A DNA stretch of 32,018 bases from Ruminococcus sp. CAG:382 (GTDB lineage: Bacteria; Bacillota; Clostridia; Oscillospirales; CAG-382), in contig FR892168.1 of assembly GCA_000433115.1 (NCBI GenBank), forward strand, positions 1 through 32,018. The letters run 5' to 3'. Under the pieces are notes generated by a model. The model saw nothing but the letters and a program-made list of their open reading frames with translations. It had not been told where the DNA came from and did not search any database. Within the stretch, counting starts at the first letter, position 1. Every line of letters starts with the position of its first letter. Shown here piece by piece: positions 14,688-23,683 of this stretch. The position numbers and the translations under genes are program-made.

Positions 14688-15683
14688 ATGGAAACAAATA
14701 TAAGTAAACCAGATATAAAAGAAGAAATAGAACGAATAATAAAAGTTTCCGACACGCGTATTTTGGCTGTCGCCGATTCGACGATGCGAATCGTATACCA
14801 CGACAGCATGCTTAATATTCCAAAGCGAACATCACTGCTCGAAGTTGTCAAAGGAGATTGCGAAAAGCTGTTCACGCTTACAAACGGAACAACAACACTG
14901 CTTGGAATAAGTATAGATTGCAGGACGTTTGAAGCCGAAGTAACGCTCAGAGACGGACTTTATATCGTGACACGCCCGCGTTCATACGGTCTCTGCTTTG
15001 AGCGTGCCGAAGAACTCCGCCGCATGACCTGCCCCGAAGTGCTTGAAAAATTACCGCCCGAATTGCGTCAGTGCGTCACCGCATATCGTGAGGTATTGCG
15101 ATACAGCGGCAGAGGAGACAGCGGAACAGGTGACGCAAGTGCACTTATACGAAAGGTAACTGCCATTGCTGACGAGGTTCGCGGTGTTCTGCGCAAAAGC
15201 TGCACCGTCGTAAGGTCGCGTGGCGTTCCGATTGTCCGCTATTCGGAAAAAGATTTTTGTCGGATACTGCTGACGATGTTGTCGGCGTGCGATATCATGG
15301 CAGGCAGAGAAGGTGTCAGAACACGTTGCGAAACGACAGAGCGTATTGTTACACTGACCGCAACGTTTGCATATAAGCTTCCGGAAACCGTTGCCGAAAC
15401 TGTTGTGAGCGGCGAATTTGAGCGCATGCCTTTTACCGGAGAGTACGGCGGATTGTTCATGATGCTCAGCTACCTGCGCCGTCTTTGCCGTATATATGAG
15501 TATTCGTTTGCCGTTGAAAAAAGCAATTCACGCAGTATGACGGCGACTCTCCTTTTTCCGCTTACCATTGAAAGCGACCAATTGTTTGACATGCACGAAA
15601 ACGACGAATGGATCCATGAGATCGCGAAACGTGCTTTTCGAAAACAGCGCCAGAACACCCGAGATAAAGATACTGACACATAA
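14688..15683 (+). CDS. Hypothetical protein (331 aa)
   Basis: Long ORF with its own promoter. It has only a weak resemblance to a kinase N-box (RILLTMLSAC) and no His box, so function is unassigned. Confidence 0.6.
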   Translation: METNISKPDIKEEIERIIKVSDTRILAVADSTMRIVYHDSMLNIPKRTSLLEVVKGDCEKLFTLTNGTTTLLGISIDCRTFEAEVTLRDGLYIVTRPRSYGLCFERAEELRRMTCPEVLEKLPPELRQCVTAYREVLRYSGRGDSGTGDASALIRKVTAIADEVRGVLRKSCTVVRSRGVPIVRYSEKDFCRILLTMLSACDIMAGREGVRTRCETTERIVTLTATFAYKLPETVAETVVSGEFERMPFTGEYGGLFMMLSYLRRLCRIYEYSFAVEKSNSRSMTATLLFPLTIESDQLFDMHENDEWIHEIAKRAFRKQRQNTRDKDTDT

Positions 15684-15721
15684 AAAATCCACCGTAATTC
15701 TATCAAAATTACAGTGGATTC

Positions 15722-15798
15722 TGGTGGAGACGAGGGGGCTCGAACCCATGACCTCTCGGATGTGAACCGAACGCTCTGACCAACTGAGCTACGCCTCC
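15722..15798 (-). tRNA. tRNA-Val (anticodon CAC)
   Basis: Acceptor GGAGGCG/CGTCTCC, D-arm GCTC-AGTTGGTCA-GAGC, anticodon arm TTCGG-TTCACAT-CCGAG, T-loop TTCGAGC (one T-stem mismatch), encoded CCA. Confidence 0.85.
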
Positions 15799-16030
15799 GT
15801 ATTGAATTCATAAATCGTACCAACGACCAATATTTATTATAACACTGTGTCCGGTAAAAATCAATACCGATTTCAAAAAAATCGCAATAAAAATTGCAGT
15901 GCTGCAAGAAATGCGAGAACGAGAGCGAAAGAACAGTTAACGCCCAAACGCCCGCACGGATTCCATTTAATAGTTGTTGAAATCATTCCGACTTAGAGTC
16001 CGCCGGTTCAAGTCCAATCACTAAGACAAA

Positions 16031-16078
16031 ACAGCCCGAAATTATGTCTGCAACGACTACGTTTCGGGCTGTTTTTGT
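16031..16078. terminator. Strong bidirectional intrinsic terminator
   Basis: acagcccgaaa(16031-16041)/tttcgggctgt(16062-16072), an 11-bp stem with an A-run before and TTTTTG after. Confidence 0.7.
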
Positions 16079-16401
16079 TATTTCCCGCGGAGGCAGAGTC
16101 AAACAAAGCTTTGCGCCTCTTCCCTGCTCCGACTTCTAAAGATCTTCTGAAAATGCTCTCAATTTGTTTCTGCGAGAGCTTCTGCAATTGTTATTCAAAA
16201 TTAAGGCTTCACCGCGTAATTCCGATGGTGCAATTGCGCAGTCGGATTTTTCGTCAGATGAAACAAAAATTCGCAGGCTGTGCGGTGATGCCTTAAAAAC
16301 ATTTTGTTAAGAGCGTTTTTTCTTATTTGGTTTTGTAGTCATATTCCAACAATGCCTCCATACTCATTTTCTCTTTTAAACATCTCAAGTTTCTCCTTCC
16401 T

Positions 16402-18177
16402 TCAGACAGAGGTATATTTTTCAGCCTGAGCTGACCACATTTTGTAGTAAATACCTTTTTTCTTAAGTAATTCGGCGTGAGTACCCTGCTCGGCAACGGC
16501 GCCGTTGTCCAGCACGATGATATTATCGAACTTCGGCATACATATCAGGCGGTGCGTGATCATAATGACCGTCTGATCCGTCGACTGTTCAAGTATATCG
16601 TTTATGAAACGATTTTCGATCAGAGGATCGAGTGATGCCGTAGGCTCATCGAACAGCACATACCGAGAACCATGATACAACGTTCTTGCGAGCATTAGCC
16701 TGTGCCATTGACCTTCCGAGAGGTCTGTGCCGCCTTCGTCATACTCCTTGTTGAGCGGAGTTTCGTCGCGCAGCAACAGCTCTTCCGCAAGTTTATCACA
16801 ACCCGAACGGCGCAGTACATCGGCATATCTGCTCTCGTCTACATCGGCGGACAAGGTTATATTCTCGCGTATTCCAAACGGATATTTGCAATACTCCTGA
16901 AATGCCACTGAAAAAGCGCTGTATATGTCCCGGTTGGCGATTTCACGTGCGGGCACATCACCAAAGCAAACATCCCCATCGTAGTTATTATAAAGCCCCA
17001 CGATGATCTTTGAAAGCGTTGTTTTGCCTGCTCCGTTATATCCGACAATTGCCGTGCGTTTGCCGTTTTTGATCGTCATATTCAGATGATCGAGTGCATT
17101 ATTCTCACTTTCGGGATATGAATATGTAAGGTTCTTTATAACTATATCGGCATTCTCGGGAAGCTTCTTTCCGTTTGTCCTTTCTTCTTCGCTCTCAAAA
17201 AAGTCATTATAGGTCTTGAAGCGTACACAAGATTCTGAAAAGCTCCTGATCGAACCGCTCACGGACGAAAGACTGTCGTTAAGCTTTGTGGCGAGATTGA
17301 CTGCGATCCAGAAGTCACCGATGATCATCTTTCCGGCGCACACGCTCAATGCCAGGACAAAATACATACCGTAATACAGCGCAAGGGGCAGCGCCGTCAG
17401 AAGCGTTGCGATATTTGTCTGCTTCAGGTTGAAGCGTATGGATTCGTCACGTATTTTACCGAACAGCTTTTTTCTTTGCTCGATGATATAATCAAACGAA
17501 TTGAAAAGCTTGAGCTCCTGTATGGTTGTTCTGGACGCTACAAAGTCAAACAGCGCCTGCAGCTTGCTTTGGAGAGTGATTTTCGAACGAATGAATTTGA
17601 TCCATGATATACCCATTTTTTGTTTGAGCAGACATATCGGTGTATATACCGCGATAAATGCAGCGCATATAACGGGAGATATGTTTATCATCGCGACAAC
17701 CGCTATGATGATATCCAAAATCTTAGACGGAACACTGATTACACCATCAAAATACGCATCAATCTCGCGCGAAGAAAACGAGCTTATATCTGAGTTATTG
17801 CGATAAAGATCGTTGCTTTCATAGTAATCCATCCGAATGCGGGAAATCTTATCGATCCTCTTCTCCCTGAGCTTTTCATCAGCGTCATATTGCTCAAGGC
17901 TTCTTTTGAAATTGGAATAGGTCTGAAATGCTTTTTCAAAAAACTTTATTGAAAAAACCAAAAGAATGAACATGAGAACGGTCGTAAAATCCCCGCTTCT
18001 GCTTCCGACGATTATATCGAGCACACGGCCGGTGCAGAAAATTTCTCCGTAAAAGAAAAGCTTTTCTGCAAGATTCAAAATGATCTCTCTGATCATCAGT
18101 CGCTTGTTGTAGGTCCATTGCATTTTCAAAGCGCTGAGCGTGATCTTTTTATATTCGGCAAATTGCATTTTTTTCAT
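16402..18177 (-). CDS. ABC exporter, fused permease + ATP-binding subunit (partner 2)
   Basis: N-terminal multi-TM domain. Walker A GYNGAGKTT, signature LSEGQWHRL, Walker B YVLFDEPTASLD. Confidence 0.85.
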   Translation of the reverse strand: MKKMQFAEYKKITLSALKMQWTYNKRLMIREIILNLAEKLFFYGEIFCTGRVLDIIVGSRSGDFTTVLMFILLVFSIKFFEKAFQTYSNFKRSLEQYDADEKLREKRIDKISRIRMDYYESNDLYRNNSDISSFSSREIDAYFDGVISVPSKILDIIIAVVAMINISPVICAAFIAVYTPICLLKQKMGISWIKFIRSKITLQSKLQALFDFVASRTTIQELKLFNSFDYIIEQRKKLFGKIRDESIRFNLKQTNIATLLTALPLALYYGMYFVLALSVCAGKMIIGDFWIAVNLATKLNDSLSSVSGSIRSFSESCVRFKTYNDFFESEEERTNGKKLPENADIVIKNLTYSYPESENNALDHLNMTIKNGKRTAIVGYNGAGKTTLSKIIVGLYNNYDGDVCFGDVPAREIANRDIYSAFSVAFQEYCKYPFGIRENITLSADVDESRYADVLRRSGCDKLAEELLLRDETPLNKEYDEGGTDLSEGQWHRLMLARTLYHGSRYVLFDEPTASLDPLIENRFINDILEQSTDQTVIMITHRLICMPKFDNIIVLDNGAVAEQGTHAELLKKKGIYYKMWSAQAEKYTSV

Positions 18178-18272
18178 TTATCCATGCCTTTCTGCGAAAA
18201 GCGCCAACGAAAAGCAGAATCGTTGACGGCGTTCCGCCAAAACATTTTTCTATTATCTTATTTGTATGAACC

Positions 18273-20078
18273 TCAGGCTTCAATATATGCGGCTGCCTGG
18301 GTCTCAAACATGGTTTTATATATGCCATTACGCTTCATAAGCTCCTTATGGTTCCCGATATCCACAACTTTTCCATCATCCATGACAATAATTTTGTCAG
18401 CCGTGGTGCAGCACGAAAGACGATGGGAAATGATTATTATGGTTTTATCCTTATATTTTTCCATAAGCGCGTCCATAAAATTCTTTTCGGCAATGGGGTC
18501 AAGTGAATTTGACGGCTCATCAAACAAAAGAACATCACGGTCACGGTAAAGAGCTCTCGCAAGCACGAGCTTGTGCCATTGACCCTCAGAAAGTTCCGTT
18601 CCGTCATCCGACAAAGCCTTGTTCAGCATAGTGTCGTATCCGTCTTTCAGACCGGCAATAAATCCGTCCGCCGATGCCTGACCGGAGACCTCTTCCACAC
18701 TTCCGTTATCTTTGTCTGACCAATCGCTTATAATTATGTTATCCCGAACAGTAAGCGGGTACTTACAGTAATCCTGCATAGCAACCGAAAACAGACCGTA
18801 AACATCCTGCTTATCCAGAGATTCCGAATCGATCCCGTTATATTCTATTGCGCCGTCAAAATCGTTATACAGACCAATGAGCAGCTTTGAAAGCGTTGTT
18901 TTGCCCGCACCGTTTTGCCCGACAATACAGACCTTTTCTTTCGGAGAAACTGAAAAGCTGATGTCCCTGAGCACTTCTTTCTGCGAACCGGGATAGCAGA
19001 AGCTGAGGTTTTTGACCTTCAATCCGTTGAATCCGCTCTTCAGCTTTCCGGTGGTGCATTTTCTTTCTTCTTCGCATTCCAGGATGAATCTGAAATTATC
19101 CATATCCATAGCCGTATAGTAAAGCGAACCGATCATGCTTACAACGAAGCCGGTCGAGCTTATGAGATTTTTGGAAATGCCGACAAAGTAAGTAAAATCT
19201 GCCGCCGAGATACCTCCGGTCACGGCTTTATATGCGCAAAAAAAATACAAGCCATAATCCGAGACAAGTCCCAAAAATTCTACGATCGCAAACAAAACAG
19301 TGGTTTTTTTGCTTACGTTCTTTTTGACCTCCGCTATCTTTCTGTAAAGCGAGCGCTGTTTATCGTTGATGAAGGACGCGGCTTCATTCAGCTTGATATC
19401 CTGAGCGGCTGCTTTTTTTGCAAACAACGAAGACAAAAAGCCGAGCTTTCTTTCTTCCGGGACGTTGATCTGAGTAGCTTTATAATCCAAAACAGAGACC
19501 TTCTGCCACAGGATCACAAAAGACGCTTCTAAAACTATTACAGGTATAACAAGCCAGATGTGATTCCCGAGCAGTATCGATGCTGCAATAATCAAAGTTA
19601 TAAGGCTACTTACGACATCATTCGTATCGTTAAATACTCCGAGCACACCCTTAACAGCCGTCGAACGCGCCATATTGAACCGATTATAGAAGTCGCTCTG
19701 TTCAAAGTATTCCATTTTGATTCTGGATATTTTGCGTATCAGCAAATTCTGCATTTGTTCATCTGCTTTTGATTCCATTTTCTGCCTGAACACATTGAAA
19801 TAGTTAGAGCTCACAGACGAAAGCAGCTTGAGGAGAAAAACGCCCAGACAAAGTCCGAACAGCTCCGCATCGAATCCGAGCTCCGACGAATGCACTGTGA
19901 CCGTGATATAATCGACGACACGCTTCAGGAGATAAACAAGGGAAAACGATAATACGTTTCCGATAACAACATCTTTCAGAATGCTCATGAAGAACAGTTT
20001 TTTCGATATTTTCCATGCAAGACCATATGCAAGCTTCAGATTCTTTATTGTATATTTAATCTTATTGTCTTTTTTCAT
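18273..20078 (-). CDS. ABC exporter, fused permease + ATP-binding subunit (partner 1)
   Basis: Walker A GQNGAGKTT, signature LSEGQWHKL, Walker B VLLFDEPSNSLD. The start is placed at ATG 20078 (MKKDNKIKY, GGAGA upstream) rather than the track start at 20195. Confidence 0.85.
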   Translation of the reverse strand: MKKDNKIKYTIKNLKLAYGLAWKISKKLFFMSILKDVVIGNVLSFSLVYLLKRVVDYITVTVHSSELGFDAELFGLCLGVFLLKLLSSVSSNYFNVFRQKMESKADEQMQNLLIRKISRIKMEYFEQSDFYNRFNMARSTAVKGVLGVFNDTNDVVSSLITLIIAASILLGNHIWLVIPVIVLEASFVILWQKVSVLDYKATQINVPEERKLGFLSSLFAKKAAAQDIKLNEAASFINDKQRSLYRKIAEVKKNVSKKTTVLFAIVEFLGLVSDYGLYFFCAYKAVTGGISAADFTYFVGISKNLISSTGFVVSMIGSLYYTAMDMDNFRFILECEEERKCTTGKLKSGFNGLKVKNLSFCYPGSQKEVLRDISFSVSPKEKVCIVGQNGAGKTTLSKLLIGLYNDFDGAIEYNGIDSESLDKQDVYGLFSVAMQDYCKYPLTVRDNIIISDWSDKDNGSVEEVSGQASADGFIAGLKDGYDTMLNKALSDDGTELSEGQWHKLVLARALYRDRDVLLFDEPSNSLDPIAEKNFMDALMEKYKDKTIIIISHRLSCCTTADKIIVMDDGKVVDIGNHKELMKRNGIYKTMFETQAAAYIEA

Positions 20079-20973
20079 AGATTCTCCAAATTTGTTGTAT
20101 GACAAGCTCTTTGCTCTTTTCCCTACTGCTCCGGCAAACAAAGATGCCTGATACTGTTTAGATAGCTCATAGCAGCGACCGGAAATACGCCGCAATGATT
20201 AATAACTAAGCAAAAACGGTTGCGCAATGTTAGCATCCCAAACACGCTGTATTGCAGCACGGTTTATAAATACCTGCACATTTTGAGTCCTCAACACTTT
20301 CTGCGGCAAAAATAATCAATATCAAAAATCAAAAATTCAAACATAAATATAATCTCCTTTGTTATAAAAAAATTTGTATGTCCGGCCGAAGTGCTTAATC
20401 ATTTTCATGGAATCTCAATCAAATGCCATGGCATGATATACCGATGTGTCAGCCGACAAAGCTGTTAAAAATCATATCAAACTCATGCAAAAGAAAAAAC
20501 GCAAAGTGATTCCGTCAAGGGTCATTTTGCGCTGTTCATAATCATATAATATTCGTTTTGGGCATAGTGATGCATAAAGACAGAACTACGCCATGAAGGA
20601 AAAGCTCCATCGGCATAGTGCAAAAACGCATATCTTTGCGAATTGCAATTCATTATGTAAGTATGCGCATTGCATTTTGTCACGTCCGTGTTCTCCCATT
20701 AATGTTCCGCTCTTATTAAGCCTATATCGATATTTTATCATATATTTTTCATTTTGTCAACACAAAATTCCGATTTTATACATTTTCTTTATCGGTCTTG
20801 AACAAAAATCGAAGCAAAGTGCGGTCAAAAAATCTTTATCATCAACATTTTCAACAACCAGCATTTCTTTTGCGCCTTCATACGGTAATTCATAGGTTGC
20901 CGACGGAATCTTTTTTGCAGAATTTCGGCTGTCTGCTTCAAGTTTTTCGAAAGCAAATGCCTTAACAACGCAG

Positions 20974-21000
20974 AAAAAGCCTTGAAAATCAAGGCTTTTT
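20974..21000 (-). terminator. Terminator downstream of tRNA-Thr
   Basis: aaagcctt/aaggcttt 8-bp stem, loop gaaaatc, A/T runs on both sides. Confidence 0.65.
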
Positions 21001-21027
21001 CCGAAGCAGTCCTTCACACTGCAAATA

Positions 21028-21102
21028 TGGAGCTAATGGTGGGGATTGAACCCACGACCTGCTGATTACGAATCAGCTGCACTACCACTGTGCTACATTA
21101 GC
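21028..21102 (-). tRNA. tRNA-Thr (anticodon CGT)
   Basis: Acceptor GCTAATG/CATTAGC, D-arm GCAC-AGTGGTA-GTGC, anticodon arm GCTGA-TTCGTAA-TCAGC, T-arm GTGGG-TTCAATC-CCCAC, encoded CCA. Confidence 0.9.
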
Positions 21103-21224
21103 AAAGCATTGCTATGATACCGTCACAATGCTTTGGTATTATACCACACCATATCGGATTTTGCAAGTGTTTTTTTGAATTTCTGAAAATATTCCCGAAA
21201 ATCCGGTCGGGATTCTCCGGAAAG

Positions 21225-23018
21225 CTATTTTACGAATTTCTCCCAGAAAAGTTCCGACGCATTTTTACAACAGTCGTATGTTTCGCGGAGAATTTCGGCA
21301 TAAATCTTGAATTTGTTCATTATATTCTGATACGTAAACGCAGCTGAACTTTCATTCCTGTATGCCGCCATAAACATCGCGGAGAACGTATCGGCTCGGT
21401 CCTCTTCCGCATTTGTGCGTGCATACGATGAAACAAACCACACATCGCTTGTATCGTTGTCATATATCGTATGCTTCAGGTCATTCTCTCCGTAGTATTC
21501 ACTCGGTGTGGCTTTCTCCCACTTCGCCGCACTCTCAATCGAAAGACGGTAATTGAACACATGCCCTGCTTCATGGCTGAGCACAGCCATCGCAGAATCA
21601 CCGCGGAACGACGAGTCAACGGCTATGAACGGATATTGAGAAACATATGCGGCAAAGCCGCCGAAGCTTTCTTCGCCCTTATGAATATCACGGCAGAGAT
21701 ATATCCACACTTCTTTTCCTCCGCTCACCTCACGCATAAGAGTTGCCGGAATAAGTGAAAGGAACTCTTCAATCGTCTTTGCGGTAGGAAGCCAATCTTC
21801 TTCGGGTGCCGCGCTGACTTCATAGAAAAGGCCGCCGTTTACAAAGTTATTGCTTTCGAAAATGATCCTGACGCCGTATTTTTCAAACACCCTCTCGGCA
21901 ATTTCAACTTCTTCGGTCCCCTCACGATACGGCTCATACATACCGTGAATATCGGTGGTCTCATCCGCTTCGTTTATCCGGCACGCGGTGTATTTTGCCT
22001 TCGAAAGATTGACGACATGCACTCCGGCAGAGTCGGCTGCGTAGAAATATCCGTTTTCGGCGGCGCAGCCGAAAGAATGACCCGTAAGATCAAGCGTCAG
22101 ATATTCCGAAGTCTCGGTACGGTAAATACGATAAAGCCCGTCAACAACGGTGACGATCGTGCCGTCATCGCAATCAACAATATATTCCCTCTCATCCGGC
22201 TGATGTATCACGCGCCGCTTTCCGGATCCGATCTCAGTGAAAATGATACCGTCATTCCACGTCTCGGTGAGATACGGGGCATTGACTTTCAGTGCACGTT
22301 CGTCGCCGCAATAGGTGATGGCTCCTGTCGCGGGATCAAGAATGCTTATCGGCTTTTCTCTTCCCGACACCGCGATCTCATCACCGGCAGTGATGACGAA
22401 TTTATCTCCGAAAGCATATCCGGAGCGCACACTTGTGGCTATATTGCGCTTTGTATCCGAGCCATCGGATGCATTGCAAAGTATCGGTTTACTTCCGAAT
22501 ATGAGAATATACCTGCCGTCGGCGCTGACAGCGAAATATATATCATCACTTGCCGGAAGATCGTATTCGGTCAGCAGTATAAGCGATTTATCGTAGACAC
22601 GCATATGGCGTGAGGCTGCGTCGAGTACATAAAGCCTTCCGGACTGAACCACTATCGTCCATTCACCTTCTCCAAGCTCAAGCACGCCTGTGCGCTTTCC
22701 GTCGGTTAAAGTATATGCGACGAACGTCACCGAAAAACTGTCAAGTCCCGCATTTGCATACTGCGCAAATGCAACACCATCGGAAAACTTGATGTCAAGC
22801 GTTCCGTCATATTCGTCCGTCGGAATCGGTATAAGCCGCATTCCGTCTGCATCTGTGGCAATTGCCGCCTCGGATGCCTCGGACTCGTTGCCGGCTTCTC
22901 CGGACACTTCTGTTGAAGCACCGCTGTTTTCCGGTCTGCTTACATCATTTCCAATATCACAGGCGGCAAACGCCAGAACCATTGAAAATGTAAGAAGAAA
23001 AGCTATTATTTTCTTCAT
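21225..23018 (-). CDS. Lipoprotein with C-terminal ATLF-like (lethal-factor-type) zinc metallopeptidase domain
   Basis: Signal peptide plus lipobox MKKIIAFLLTFSMVLAFAAC. HEXXH in VLSHEAGHVF and a downstream acidic helix EEDRADTFSAMF, as in the HExxH...ExxAExF arrangement of anthrax LF-like domains. RBS AAGGAGAG. Confidence 0.65.
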   Translation of the reverse strand: MKKIIAFLLTFSMVLAFAACDIGNDVSRPENSGASTEVSGEAGNESEASEAAIATDADGMRLIPIPTDEYDGTLDIKFSDGVAFAQYANAGLDSFSVTFVAYTLTDGKRTGVLELGEGEWTIVVQSGRLYVLDAASRHMRVYDKSLILLTEYDLPASDDIYFAVSADGRYILIFGSKPILCNASDGSDTKRNIATSVRSGYAFGDKFVITAGDEIAVSGREKPISILDPATGAITYCGDERALKVNAPYLTETWNDGIIFTEIGSGKRRVIHQPDEREYIVDCDDGTIVTVVDGLYRIYRTETSEYLTLDLTGHSFGCAAENGYFYAADSAGVHVVNLSKAKYTACRINEADETTDIHGMYEPYREGTEEVEIAERVFEKYGVRIIFESNNFVNGGLFYEVSAAPEEDWLPTAKTIEEFLSLIPATLMREVSGGKEVWIYLCRDIHKGEESFGGFAAYVSQYPFIAVDSSFRGDSAMAVLSHEAGHVFNYRLSIESAAKWEKATPSEYYGENDLKHTIYDNDTSDVWFVSSYARTNAEEDRADTFSAMFMAAYRNESSAAFTYQNIMNKFKIYAEILRETYDCCKNASELFWEKFVK

Positions 23019-23118
23019 ATTTTCACTCTCCTTATGTGTTGCATGATAACATATGTTTTTGTTACTTTCGGGCTCTTTGTGTTAACAAAAAGAAAAAACT
23101 ATCATGGTTTTCCCCGGG

Positions 23119-23535
23119 TCATATTCTGTCGATATAATACAATCCTATCATTTCGGCAAGCGATTTTGCGACCTCATGTGTTTCGTTGGTTTCGTGTTCC
23201 CATATTATTATACTACCCGGCATGCAGACTTTGTTTTCACTCCTATATCCGTAATAGTCGCCGCAACCGTTTCCGGCAATGAAGAGCAGATCACAGAGAC
23301 CCTCGTAACACTCGGACAGTCCCTCTCTCACGCTTTGATTGGTCTCAACGATTTCATTGCAGGAAAAACAAAGGTATCGGTCGCCGTCAAATTCGGAAAG
23401 CAATGCTTTCAATTCGTCGGGAAAATCAACACCCATGGACTTCTCGGCAGACAAAATCATTTCCGCCGTTGCGGGCGGATCCGGTTTTATATATTTATTA
23501 TCAGCCATAAACGGTTTCAGCAATTCAAGAAACAT
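23119..23535 (-). CDS. SMI1/KNR4 (SUKH-1) family protein, immunity-protein type
   Basis: MGVDFPDELKALLSEFDG...FIAGNGCGDYYGY...IIIWEHETNE matches the SUKH-1 pattern. RBS AAGGAGGA lies before the ATG at 23535. Confidence 0.7.
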   Translation of the reverse strand: MFLELLKPFMADNKYIKPDPPATAEMILSAEKSMGVDFPDELKALLSEFDGDRYLCFSCNEIVETNQSVREGLSECYEGLCDLLFIAGNGCGDYYGYRSENKVCMPGSIIIWEHETNETHEVAKSLAEMIGLYYIDRI

Positions 23536-23623
23536 TTTTCCTCCTTCAGCCGTAAAAAACATCGGATGTGCAACAGCAGATGTGAATTATACCACATCAC
23601 TTTGCTTTTGTCAATAAGGTTTT

Positions 23624-23665
23624 AAAAAAATAATACCGCCGTACCGATTAGTTCGGTAACGGCGG
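23624..23665 (-). terminator. Terminator of the suf operon
   Basis: ccgccgtaccga/tcggtaacggcgg stem (one bulge), followed on the minus strand by a T7 run (A-run 23624-23630 on +). Confidence 0.7.
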
Positions 23666-23683
23666 CATCACTTCGTTTATTGT

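Noticed and set aside
15470-15907. 145-aa minus-strand ORF
   Set aside because: It reads straight through tRNA-Val (15722-15798) and the 3' end of the 331-aa gene, so it is spurious.
20757-21017. 86-aa minus-strand ORF as a live gene
   Set aside because: Its start spans the tRNA-Thr terminator hairpin and lacks an RBS. At most it is a decayed remnant (see finding).
23104-23625. 173-aa plus-strand ORF
   Set aside because: It is antisense to the well-supported SMI1/KNR4 gene, and its composition does not look like protein.
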